Of a stretch of DNA of 36,968 nucleotides, positions 8,666-18,253 are shown one piece after another. A model generated the notes under the pieces. That model saw only the letters and a program-made list of their open reading frames with translations. It was not told the DNA's origin and ran no database searches. Both the position numbers and the translations under genes were made by a program. Source of the stretch: Ignisphaera sp. (GTDB lineage Archaea > Thermoproteota > Thermoprotei_A > Sulfolobales > Ignisphaeraceae); assembly GCA_038889075.1 (NCBI GenBank), contig JAWAHS010000015.1, forward strand, positions 1-36,968, given 5' to 3'. The first letter of the stretch is position 1; each line of letters opens with the position of its first letter.

Positions 8666-8723
8666 CCCAGGAATAGATAGTAGCTATACATATCTTTTTA
8701 AATTTTAATGAAAAACCTTTAGG

Positions 8724-9698
8724 CTATTTTGCATAGAGCCAGCACAAAACAGTCCTTTTATCTATATCTATTGCCGGGGGTTCTCTACTGCCACACTCCG
8801 GCTTCGCATAGGGGCATCTGTTAGCAAATTTGCAGCCAGGGGCAAGGAACTCGCTGATCTCAATAGACGACAGCTTTACTGGTTTTATTCTCTTCCTCGC
8901 CCCTATATCCGGCTCCAATATAGAGTTCAATAGCATTTTAGTATATGGGTGCAACGGTTCACTGTACACCGCATCCATAGGACCCCTCTCAACGAGTACA
9001 CCTCTATATAGAACAGCTATATCATCGCCTATGTAGTAGGCTGTTGCAAGATCGTGAGTAACGTAGATGATCGATGACCCTAGCTTGTCTCTAATCTCCC
9101 TAAATGTGTTTAACACGCTTACTCTAAGCGATGCATCTAGCATGGAGACAGGTTCATCAGCTAGTAGCAGGTGTGGTTTTGATAGTATTGCTCTTGCTAT
9201 CGATATTCGCTGTAGCTCTCCACCTGAGAATTCCTTTATGCTCTTCCCCTTAATCCTCTCAAGATCTAGACCTACAAATCGCAGTGCCTCATCTATTATG
9301 GAGACCGCTTCTTCACGTCTACCTATATTGAGTAGGAATTTTGCTGAATCGTAGAGATAGGTATCTATTCTTCTAATAGGGTTGAACGACTCGTACGGGT
9401 CTTGGAATACCGCCTGCACCTCCCTTCTATACCATTTAACACCCTCTCTATCGAGTCTAAATATATCCCGCCCCCTATATATAATGGTTCCACCATCCGG
9501 TACTAGCATCCTTAGAATCAATTTCAGTAGTGTTGATTTGCCGCTCCCCGTCTCACCTATTATTACAAGGATCTTTGGCGGCTCACTGGTTAATTCAAAT
9601 GAAACTGAGCTTAGTGCTTTAAACTTTCTCAGTCCCAGCAATCCATAGCCAAACTGCTTAGTTACATTATCAACCTTTAGAAGAATCCCTCCATCCAT
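8724..9698 (-). CDS. Opp/Dpp-type ABC ATPase (OppF-like)
   Basis: GETGSGKS, FSGGELQR, ADEP, HPYT and the C-terminal GCKFANRC motif. Confidence 0.92.
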   Translation of the reverse strand: MDGGILLKVDNVTKQFGYGLLGLRKFKALSSVSFELTSEPPKILVIIGETGSGKSTLLKLILRMLVPDGGTIIYRGRDIFRLDREGVKWYRREVQAVFQDPYESFNPIRRIDTYLYDSAKFLLNIGRREEAVSIIDEALRFVGLDLERIKGKSIKEFSGGELQRISIARAILSKPHLLLADEPVSMLDASLRVSVLNTFREIRDKLGSSIIYVTHDLATAYYIGDDIAVLYRGVLVERGPMDAVYSEPLHPYTKMLLNSILEPDIGARKRIKPVKLSSIEISEFLAPGCKFANRCPYAKPECGSREPPAIDIDKRTVLCWLYAK

Positions 9699-9704
9699 AT
9701 ACCA

Positions 9705-10724
9705 TCACCTTTTACCATATGAATAGAGCCAGCACCTAACCCTATAGTTATCACCAATTCTAGTTTCAGGCGGTTGCTCCCTTCTACATACGTCCATGGC
9801 ATAGGGGCATCTTGGATGGAATCTGCAGCCAGGTGGTGGGTTGGCTAAATTTGGTGGAGAACCTAGGATGCCCTTCTTTATAGTCCTTTCCCCCTTCTTT
9901 ATAAGCGACTCTATTAGAAGTCTTGTATAGGGGTGTAGAGGCTCTGTAAATACCTTTTCAGCATCTCCATACTCGACGATATTCCCTGCATACATGATGG
10001 CTATCCTGTCATCCATATACGCGTGGACGCCCATGTCATGCGATATGACCACTATGGAGCACCTAGTCTCCCTCTGCCATTCCTTTAGAAAACTCAGTAT
10101 ACCAAGCTGTGTAACAACATCCACGGCTGTTGTAGGCTCGTCAGCTAGCACAACCCTTGGTTTAAGCATGAGGGCAAGTGCTATGACTATCCTCTGCCTC
10201 ATACCGCCAGAGAGCTGGTGGGGATACGCATTTATAGCATCTATAGGTAGCCCCACGCTATTGAAGACCTCCCTTATATAGCTCACAACATCTTTTTTGC
10301 TAATCTCTATCCCATGGAATTTGAATGTTTCGATAAAGTGGTCCCTCACCCTCTTCATAGGGTTTAGTACATTCATAGAGTTCTGGGGTATGTATGAAAG
10401 TGTCTTCCACATAATCTCCTTTCTGACAACCTCCCTATCGCCTGTGAGCATATCTATGAAACCTCTATCCCCTACATCTATCAGCACCTTTCCACGCCTA
10501 ACAATAAGAGGAGGCTCTACAGCACCGTATATAATCTTGGCAAGTGTAGACTTTCCACAGCCGGATTCCCCAGCTATTCCGAGAACCTCATTACTTCCTA
10601 GTGTAAGGGATACGCCATCCACCGCATGGATGAATATCCCTCTATTTGGAACTGTATAGCCTCCATCCACATCCTCAGCTACTAGAATAGGTGAACCCGT
10701 TACATGTATGTATTGAGATGCCAT
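9705..10724 (-). CDS. Opp/Dpp-type ABC ATPase (OppD-like)
   Basis: GESGCGKS, YPHQLSGGMRQR, DEPTT, GCRFHPRC. Confidence 0.93.
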   Translation of the reverse strand: MASQYIHVTGSPILVAEDVDGGYTVPNRGIFIHAVDGVSLTLGSNEVLGIAGESGCGKSTLAKIIYGAVEPPLIVRRGKVLIDVGDRGFIDMLTGDREVVRKEIMWKTLSYIPQNSMNVLNPMKRVRDHFIETFKFHGIEISKKDVVSYIREVFNSVGLPIDAINAYPHQLSGGMRQRIVIALALMLKPRVVLADEPTTAVDVVTQLGILSFLKEWQRETRCSIVVISHDMGVHAYMDDRIAIMYAGNIVEYGDAEKVFTEPLHPYTRLLIESLIKKGERTIKKGILGSPPNLANPPPGCRFHPRCPYAMDVCRREQPPETRIGDNYRVRCWLYSYGKR

Positions 10725-10727
10725 ATG

Positions 10728-11558
10728 CTATACACCTGCAGTTAGATATTCATCGAGTTTAACACCAAGGGCATATAGTGAGAGTATGAATACTATGAGA
10801 AATAGCGTTGGTATCATATACCACCACCACAGCCCCAGTATAAATGCCTGGAAATGCATAGACCAGTACAGCGTTGTGCCTATTGTTGGTATATCCATTC
10901 TCATAGCCCCGAACATCGCTACCGTAGTCTCCATCCCAATACCCCATAGGGATAGATTGACAAAGCCTATCAGGATATACCTCAGTATATATGGTATAAA
11001 GTCCTTGACCATTATAAGGTATGTGGGTAGCCCAGAGAGATACGATGTGTGGATAAAGGTTCTCTCCCTCAAACTTGAAAGTATAGAGATCAGTGCTCTC
11101 GATGGCCACGCCCATCCAAATATGGACAGTATCAGCCCTATTAACGGCATGGTTATATAGTCCCTCCATCCATATAGCAGTACAATTAATACAGGAAGTG
11201 GTGGTATTGTACACATGGTATCTATGAATGTCATTGTTGCTGTAACGCCTTTTCGAACCAGCACAACAAGCATGCTTAGTACCACAGCTATAGCAATGGA
11301 GGTCAGCGCTGTTGTACCTCCAATAACTATCGAATTCCTTAACGCTATTGGAACTAGGTCAGCTATATTCTGACCTGTCAAAGTTGTTCCAAATGGATAG
11401 TCCTGGCTTGGTGGAAGCCCCTTTGGAACAACATACCATCTAGTTGGATCCACTCTAATGAATAGGGCTGGGTATACTATGATGTAGACTACGATACCCA
11501 GCAGTATGGAGAGGGGTATCAGAAAACTTCTGTCTTTGAATATCGATGGAAGCTTCAT
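10728..11558 (-). CDS. Opp/Dpp-type ABC permease (OppC-like)
   Basis: PFGTT..GQ, multiple TM segments, WWW..P near the C-terminus, position in the operon. Confidence 0.88.
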   Translation of the reverse strand: MKLPSIFKDRSFLIPLSILLGIVVYIIVYPALFIRVDPTRWYVVPKGLPPSQDYPFGTTLTGQNIADLVPIALRNSIVIGGTTALTSIAIAVVLSMLVVLVRKGVTATMTFIDTMCTIPPLPVLIVLLYGWRDYITMPLIGLILSIFGWAWPSRALISILSSLRERTFIHTSYLSGLPTYLIMVKDFIPYILRYILIGFVNLSLWGIGMETTVAMFGAMRMDIPTIGTTLYWSMHFQAFILGLWWWYMIPTLFLIVFILSLYALGVKLDEYLTAGV

Positions 11559-11570
11559 ATTTCATTCACC

Positions 11571-12572
11571 TTACTGTCCCGGGTATCTTATTCTGGGGTC
11601 TATAATTGGATAGACTATATCTAGTATGAAGGCTGCTATTGCAACCCCTACTATAGACATGTATACTATGCCCAGCATTAGATTGTAGTCCGCGTTAAGC
11701 ACTGATGTAACGAGTAGAATACCTATACCGGGATATGAGAAGAGATACTCAACCAGTGCTGCACCTGTGAATATCATTCCGAGACTTAGGAGGAGGTAGG
11801 TAAACTGCGGTGTTATAGCGTTCCGCGTAACGTACCATGTTATAGTCCTCTGCGGTGCGCCCCTCAGCTTTGCATATTCAACAAAATCCTCATTCTTCAA
11901 CTTCATTGCAAGCGACTTCATTCCTAGGAAGTTGCCCATCCATCCCCATATAACCATAGCTGTGAGAGGTATAATGCTCCTTCTAAACGCTATCAACATA
12001 ACCTCAATGATGGGTTTTCCCCGCATAACCTCTCCAGCTGGTATGGATCCCTTTAAGATAACTACATAGAATATCAGGTAGGCAATTGCGAAGATGGCAA
12101 ATGGTATGGGCTGGAGACCCATGGCAAAGTACTCCACCCCCTTTGTAAATCTTCTATGCTTCGATAGAGCCGCTACAACACCTAGAAAGTTTCCTATGAG
12201 CCAGGAGATTATCGATGTCTGCATAAGGAGGAAGATACTCCACGGAAGTGAGGCTGAGATTATTTCAGATACCTTCACAGGAAAGTAGGTAAATGAAGGT
12301 CCCATCTCCCCCAGGAAATAGCCATAGAGAAACTTTATATACTGTACATATATGGGATCCCTTAGGCCAAAGAGGTCATATATAACCCTCCTCATCCTCT
12401 CAAGTTCCTCAGGTCTTAGCTGCAGTGCATATGAAGTTAGCCTAGAGACCAGCACATCAGCTGGATTGAATGGCAAAGACCTAGAGACTATAAATGTTAT
12501 CGTCAGTCCAATCCATATAGTCAGCAACATCCTACCAAATCTCTTAATAATATACTTTACAACGGGATGCAT
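11571..12572 (-). CDS. Opp/Dpp-type ABC permease (OppB-like)
   Basis: FGL..P..VQY, G.MGPS, EDFVEYAKLRG, FSYPGIG, IDPRIR. Confidence 0.92.
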   Translation of the reverse strand: MHPVVKYIIKRFGRMLLTIWIGLTITFIVSRSLPFNPADVLVSRLTSYALQLRPEELERMRRVIYDLFGLRDPIYVQYIKFLYGYFLGEMGPSFTYFPVKVSEIISASLPWSIFLLMQTSIISWLIGNFLGVVAALSKHRRFTKGVEYFAMGLQPIPFAIFAIAYLIFYVVILKGSIPAGEVMRGKPIIEVMLIAFRRSIIPLTAMVIWGWMGNFLGMKSLAMKLKNEDFVEYAKLRGAPQRTITWYVTRNAITPQFTYLLLSLGMIFTGAALVEYLFSYPGIGILLVTSVLNADYNLMLGIVYMSIVGVAIAAFILDIVYPIIDPRIRYPGQ

Positions 12573-12794
12573 GCCGACACCTTCACATAAGAAATTATAG
12601 ATAAAAGATTAAAAATCTACTAGAAGTAGAATTCCACACTATACACTATACTATAGATAGCTATTCCCAGTAGAATTGTAATAGCACTGCCCTACAGAAT
12701 ATAGGTGTATCTCAGGGTAGATATAGGTTTTTGTGGTAGCTAGGTATATCTGTATACAACCCTTATTATTCTGTGGGCTTTACCGCTATATCTG

Positions 12795-14033
12795 GTGATG
12801 TATTTGAAGATTGGGTATGTAAAGGCTGCTGTAACCCCTCCGATAGGTGTTAGGCTGGAGGGGTATGCTGATCGTGTAGAGCCCTCTAGCTGTATCTATG
12901 ATGATCTATATATCAGATGTCTATCGATTGGATTTAGAGATAAGGTTGTTGCTATAGCTGTTGCAGATCTCATCGGCATTCCGTACAGCCTCTATGTAGA
13001 GACCAGCGAAAGTAGTGGCATGGATATTCTTCTGGGTGCTACACACAGCCACTCTACACCATCTCCATATACAGATGATGTGTATAGAGGGTATCTCATT
13101 AGGAGCATCGCTGGATGTGTAAGAGCTTCAGCTGCTGGTGCTAGGGATATTCCCTACCTCGTGGTTGGTAGGGGGCTGCTTCCACAGCTTGTATACAACC
13201 GTAGAAAGCCTGTTGGTGGTGCTATCGATGCAGAGCTTACAGTAATCGACAGTGGGATTGTCTCGGTAGTAAACTTTACAGCACATCCAGTTATCCTGGG
13301 CCCCGACAACCTCTGTATATCCTCTGACTATCCAGGTGCTGTTGAGAGGTTCTATAGACAGATTAGCGGGAGAGATGCTGTATTTCTAAATGGTTGCTGC
13401 GGCAATGTAAATCCATATACGGCTACTACGGATCTCAGTAGACCCTATGATAGGAGGGGTGGTAGCTATGGTGAGGTTGAGCGGTATGGGAGGATCATAG
13501 CTCTAGAGAGTGTAAAGGCTATAGAACTCGGAGAGAAAATCGATGTAGATAGGTGTGGTGTTTTCGACTACACTATCTCTACCGTTAATCTTAGGCTTAG
13601 GAGGGAGGCTAGGGAGTTTATAGAGAGTGTTAGAAGGGAGGATATCGATGAAGTGATGCACGAGATGGAGAGGCGTGGTGACCTGCATGGAGTGTGGAGG
13701 CTTAGGCTCCTCAAAGCAATTGCTGACGAGGTTGGTGGAAGGGAGTACCTTCCAACACCTATCGCTGCAATCAACCTCTGCAATACGGTGGCCATGGTAT
13801 TCCTCCCAGCTGAAGTCTTTGTAGAACACCAGCTCTATATAAAGAGTAGAAGCCCATTTAAATACACAGCAATTTCATGCTACTTCAACTCCTACTGGAT
13901 GTATATACCAACAGCAGAGGCATTCTCCGAAGAGGGGTACGAGCTCCAAATACCGATATCAATTATAGAGCCTGGTGAGGGTGAAAAGCTTAGAGAAGAA
14001 GCAGTAAAGCTTCTCCAAAAACTCTACACCTAG
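12795..14033 (+). CDS. Neutral/alkaline ceramidase-like metal-dependent amidohydrolase
   Basis: ITPP-like VTPP..L.GY, ATHSHS.P, NRR, NF.AHP, SSDYPG, G..GNV, P.E.F and YIPT..A..E.GYE. Confidence 0.8.
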   Translation: MMYLKIGYVKAAVTPPIGVRLEGYADRVEPSSCIYDDLYIRCLSIGFRDKVVAIAVADLIGIPYSLYVETSESSGMDILLGATHSHSTPSPYTDDVYRGYLIRSIAGCVRASAAGARDIPYLVVGRGLLPQLVYNRRKPVGGAIDAELTVIDSGIVSVVNFTAHPVILGPDNLCISSDYPGAVERFYRQISGRDAVFLNGCCGNVNPYTATTDLSRPYDRRGGSYGEVERYGRIIALESVKAIELGEKIDVDRCGVFDYTISTVNLRLRREAREFIESVRREDIDEVMHEMERRGDLHGVWRLRLLKAIADEVGGREYLPTPIAAINLCNTVAMVFLPAEVFVEHQLYIKSRSPFKYTAISCYFNSYWMYIPTAEAFSEEGYELQIPISIIEPGEGEKLREEAVKLLQKLYT

Positions 14034-14071
14034 CCCCATCCACAGATGCCCAGAGCACTATGAAATAGATG

Positions 14072-14818
14072 CTAGAGCTCTATTGATGTGCATGGCTGTG
14101 GCACTAGAATCTTCAGACTGCTACCCCCCTTAATACTTGATGTAGCTACCGGCTGTGGCTGTAGATAGAAGTGTACAAGTGCAAGTATATCGACTCCAGC
14201 CTCTATAGCTGTTGCAATAGCATCTGTATAGGAGCTGTGGCCATATCTATAGGCCTCTTCATAGTATCCAGAGGCTTCGTGTATTAGAAGCCTACATCCC
14301 CGGGCAAATCTTGCAAGCTCTGGATTATATACAGTATCCCCACTATAAACAATACACAGCCCATCTACATAGATCTTAACCGAGGCTGCTGGAACACTAT
14401 GTATGGCATCTATAAACTCTATACCGAAGCCTCCTACATCAACCCTCTTACGCATCTCCACAGCTCTAAGATCAGCTATATCGAATACATTCTGAGAACC
14501 TGTAGCATCTAGAAGCTCTCTAACAGCATCTATAGCATCATCTATAGAGATGACCATCACCTTTCCAAACCCTCTATGCTTAGCCATCTGCAAAATCGTT
14601 GGAAGACCGAGTATGTGATCACCATGTCTATGGCTAACCACAACACCTCTAAACACATCATCTAAATCAAAGTTGCACCTCCTCATAGAGGCATACAGAC
14701 CCTCACCAGCCTCAACAACAATCCACTCACCAGAGCTACCAACAACGGCAAAGGATGTATGGCCTAGAAAAGGCTCGGATATCCAGCCGCCAACACCAAG
14801 AAACACAACCCTAGCCAT
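14072..14818 (-). CDS. Metallo-beta-lactamase-fold hydrolase, RNase Z-like
   Basis: SHRHGDH (HxHxDH), H, SGDT, HEAS, GHS and VHF motifs. Confidence 0.85.
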   Translation of the reverse strand: MARVVFLGVGGWISEPFLGHTSFAVVGSSGEWIVVEAGEGLYASMRRCNFDLDDVFRGVVVSHRHGDHILGLPTILQMAKHRGFGKVMVISIDDAIDAVRELLDATGSQNVFDIADLRAVEMRKRVDVGGFGIEFIDAIHSVPAASVKIYVDGLCIVYSGDTVYNPELARFARGCRLLIHEASGYYEEAYRYGHSSYTDAIATAIEAGVDILALVHFYLQPQPVATSSIKGGSSLKILVPQPCTSIEL

Positions 14819-15016
14819 ACCATCTCACCACACACAATCCAAACAGTACATCTATACTGCACCCAACTAAAGTTCTTATCGCTAACAAAATTAAAATTCC
14901 CTACAGCTACACCACTTCATTCCATAGGCACTACCATATATAAACATTGCTAGGGTCTATGACTAGTATCTATAGCTACAGCAACTCTATAGCATCTACA
15001 GCTCCTATACACCACC

Positions 15017-15115
15017 CTCTATATAGAGATATGAGATGCGGTTCTTTTCTCTCCAGTAGTGCTCTCTGGGATATCTCTATATAGTGTTGATCGGGATTTT
15101 CAATACTCTATATAG
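15017..15115. repeat. Cluster of CTCTATATAG copies with a 14-bp inverted repeat
   Basis: CTCTATATAG at 15017, 15075 and 15106. CTATATAGAGATAT (15019-15032) is the reverse complement of ATATCTCTATATAG (15071-15084). Confidence 0.6.
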
Positions 15116-15431
15116 TTGCAAGGTTCCGGTGGTGTAGATGATACCGCTACTATTACTATCCAAGGGCTGTATATATTAACACGTTGCATATGTTGAAGGT
15201 TTGGGATGGTATCTGGATGGAGATTCGATGAGATGGAGTATAGGCTGTATTTGGAGATAGCTTCTACAGAATCTGTAGCTGGGTGAGGGAATGGATAGGG
15301 TATACTGAAATGTTGTATAGGTTGATGGGCGTCTCTATCCTGTTATAGCAGGGGTGTTTTTAATGTAGGGCTACAGAGCTGTTCTAGAGCTATGGCTGGG
15401 GTTTGGTGGTGTTTTTGGTGTTTCTGCATAT

Positions 15432-16337
15432 ATGAGGGAGCCCTATGTAGTTAGCCAGGAGCTTCTCTACAGATATTCAAAGGTTTCTAGATACGACATC
15501 TATTTCTATATGAAGCCAAACAATATATATGAAACTCCGATAGTTGTTGCTGAGAGTGGTCTCCCCATCTATCTAAGTCTTGTTAATGGTGTTAATGTAA
15601 GCTATAGTTATAGAGTTGATGGTGTGAGGAGCTCTGGCTCGATTAGGATGGCTGTTTTTCTGAGGCACCCAGATGGCTGGAGTAGAAAATATCTTGAGAA
15701 AACATTAAACTTTACAGGTTCCGCTACGAGCTCCCTCTACATCAATATAAGCGATGCTGTGTCGACCATGGATGTGCTATGTAAGCAGGTAGGCTTAAGG
15801 CTTACAGCATTCAGCATAACAATAGCTACATACATAGAGGGCACAGTGCATATCGGCTCTATTTCACGGAGAGATCCGTACAACCATTCTATAGCCATCG
15901 CCATAGACCTGGGTAGAAATAGGATCGCTCTTGAAGGCACTCCATCGATAACGGTGCCTGTGGAGGAGAAGAGAAATGTGTATATAAAGCAGAGTATCCT
16001 CGGTATGGATATAGAGACTCTGAGGATACTATCTACATCAATGGCCTCAGCAGGAGTTATAGCTACAGCAATTCTAGCTATAGCTAGAGCTAAACTCAGT
16101 ACAAGGGATCCTCTAAAGGATTTTGAATCCAGATACCAGCAGATAATAGTTACAGCATCGAGGATACCTATGGAAGGCGGATCCAAAACAGTGTATATTA
16201 GAAATCCAAACGAGCTTATCAAAGTTGCAAGACTTTTAGAAAAGCCGATAATCAAATATGTAGATGGGAGCAATAGCCAACCTATATACATGGTTATCGA
16301 TAGGGATACAACATACATTCTAGAGGTGGGCAGCTAG
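15432..16337 (+). CDS. DUF5305-like membrane-anchored protein, probably with an eroded 5' end
   Basis: Beta-rich domain, then one TM segment, then a cytoplasmic domain (RYQQIIV...ELIKVA....KPI...YMVID..T.Y). An in-frame upstream ATG at 15291 with RBS is interrupted by three stop codons. Confidence 0.65.
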   Translation: MREPYVVSQELLYRYSKVSRYDIYFYMKPNNIYETPIVVAESGLPIYLSLVNGVNVSYSYRVDGVRSSGSIRMAVFLRHPDGWSRKYLEKTLNFTGSATSSLYINISDAVSTMDVLCKQVGLRLTAFSITIATYIEGTVHIGSISRRDPYNHSIAIAIDLGRNRIALEGTPSITVPVEEKRNVYIKQSILGMDIETLRILSTSMASAGVIATAILAIARAKLSTRDPLKDFESRYQQIIVTASRIPMEGGSKTVYIRNPNELIKVARLLEKPIIKYVDGSNSQPIYMVIDRDTTYILEVGS

Positions 16338-16381
16338 TTGTAGAGCCACAATTCTATTAGAGTATAGAGGAGCAGACATAG

Positions 16382-16717
16382 ATGTCTGTAGATGAATCAG
16401 CTGTCTGCAACATCTATAGAAGGCTTCTACACCAGCTAGTAAAATCTCTTGAAAATGATCTGAGGATGATGGTAGTTATAGAGCTTCTAAATAATGGTCC
16501 CCTCAGCTTTCGTGCACTTGGAAGAAGGCTTAGAGTAAACTATAGAAGGCTTAACGAAGCCCTTAGACACCTTGCATCTACAGGCATTATACAGGTATAC
16601 ACTGTCAAGATATCTCCAACGAAGAGCTACAGATTCTATCATGTTAGTGAGGCCTATCTCCCCATACTTAAAACACTGCTTATAGTAGAAGATAGAGAGT
16701 ATAGGGAGCATCAATAG
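16382..16717 (+). CDS. Winged helix-turn-helix (ArsR-like) transcriptional regulator
   Basis: LENDLRMMVVIELL..GPLSF..L.RRL.VNY..L...L..L...GII followed by the wing region (YRFY). Confidence 0.8.
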   Translation: MSVDESAVCNIYRRLLHQLVKSLENDLRMMVVIELLNNGPLSFRALGRRLRVNYRRLNEALRHLASTGIIQVYTVKISPTKSYRFYHVSEAYLPILKTLLIVEDREYREHQ

Positions 16718-16812
16718 CCACTCTATAGCTTTTGCATAAAACCACTCTCTTCTCTATCTATATTAGGGTTTCCCAATATATAGTCTATGATAGTTGGAGG
16801 GGTTGGTAGATA

Positions 16813-17210
16813 GTGATTGTAACTGTATCTGTGATCCGTGTTTTCAATGTTAGATGCACTTTTAGTATGCTTCTCAAGTATACAGTAGCTGATGAGCTAC
16901 TGATAAGCGATATGCTAGCAGAAGAGCTAGAGATAGCTGTAGAATCCTTTGGCAGAGGTCTGTGGAGATTTAGATGGGAACAGAAATTGAGAAAAAGTGA
17001 AAAGAGGTAGTATAAATCAAAAATACCGCTACCAACCCCATATATTCCGATAATACGGATTCCAGAAGTTTAGCAGAGAGATCTACAGCATTCTGTAGCG
17101 TATCACAGGCGATGGTCGGGTGTATTCCTGTCTCTACTGCTCTATAGACGTACCCTGTAGATTTTCCTTAGATTTAATTCAATTATGGTGATGCTCCGTG
17201 TATCTATCCT
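16813..17210 (+). pseudogene. Possible degraded PIN-domain (VapC-like) gene
   Basis: Fragments FSMLLK...ELLISDMLAEELE and a downstream out-of-frame FNYGDAPCI resemble PIN motifs. Many disruptions. Confidence 0.3.
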
Positions 17211-17278
17211 AAAGATGATGGTTCTACAGGTTGCTAGATGATGAGATGCTTTTCGATAAGGCTATATCTATGGCTGGA

Positions 17279-18250
17279 TTATTTTATATAGTTTCTTAGT
17301 ATGCCGATGAACTCTATCTCAGCCTCTATAACATCGCTTGGTTGGAGGCAGTGTGGAGCTCCTGGGGGGCTACCCAGTGATATGATGTCCCCGGGATTCA
17401 GTGTCATGATCTCGCTTAGAAATTCGACGATTTCCGGAATCTTATATATCATGTTTCTTGTGTTCGACTCTCCTTCTACAGTACCATTTCTTCTACGGAG
17501 TATTTTTAGATTGTGTAGATCGATACCGTGTTCTATAATTTCATCCATTGTTACAATCCATGGGCCGACGGGTGAGAATGTGTCGAAGGCCTTTGATCTC
17601 TGTTGGTAGAGAACGAAGCCGGGTTGCATCATCTCTATATCGTGGGCTGTTATATCGCTGAATATTGTTACACCGAATATATAGCTATAGACATCGTTTC
17701 TGGTAATGTTTTTAGCTCTTCTACCGATAACTATAGCCATCTCGTATTCGTGGAAGAGGCACTTAGACTCTGTACCGGGCCATCTACCACCCCGTGGTAT
17801 GTATACGGTGTCTTCATGGCCTACTAATGTGTTTATGGGTTTGAAGAAGAATAGCGGTACGTCGGGTTTGGGATACTTTAGCATAATTCTAAAGTCTTCA
17901 TAGTTGAGACCGATGCCTATGACTTTAGATGGGCTGTGGACAGCAGGTAGATATTTTATGTCGCTAGTTCTATATGCCAGTCCTCTATCTAGTAGCTCCT
18001 GAGTTTCAGTCTTAGAGTAGAGCTGTATAGTCTTGTTAACTATGTCGGATGTGATGGGGAGAAGCTCTATAAATCTCCGCATATCTGATGTAAAGCTATA
18101 CACCCATTCTACAATATCCTGTTCAGATAAGCCGTAGTTTATTGAAATCATATCGATAAGTGCTTCCCTGAGATCTAGAACCATATCACCCAGTGCTATG
18201 CCGATTCTAATATCTCTACTCTTTAGTTTTCTAAATGTGACTAGCCTCAT
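17279..18250 (-). CDS. Fumarylacetoacetate-hydrolase (FAH) superfamily protein
   Basis: KVIGIGLNY, P.FFFK, HEYE.AIVIG, D.TA.D, SKAFDTF.PVGP, TL.PGDII..G.P.G, IG.LRN. Confidence 0.9.
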   Translation of the reverse strand: MRLVTFRKLKSRDIRIGIALGDMVLDLREALIDMISINYGLSEQDIVEWVYSFTSDMRRFIELLPITSDIVNKTIQLYSKTETQELLDRGLAYRTSDIKYLPAVHSPSKVIGIGLNYEDFRIMLKYPKPDVPLFFFKPINTLVGHEDTVYIPRGGRWPGTESKCLFHEYEMAIVIGRRAKNITRNDVYSYIFGVTIFSDITAHDIEMMQPGFVLYQQRSKAFDTFSPVGPWIVTMDEIIEHGIDLHNLKILRRRNGTVEGESNTRNMIYKIPEIVEFLSEIMTLNPGDIISLGSPPGAPHCLQPSDVIEAEIEFIGILRNYIK

Positions 18251-18253
18251 GAT

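Noticed and set aside
17236-17280. ATGATGA C-box-like motif (possible C/D sRNA)
   Set aside because: No canonical CTGA D box at the expected distance (only CTGGA).
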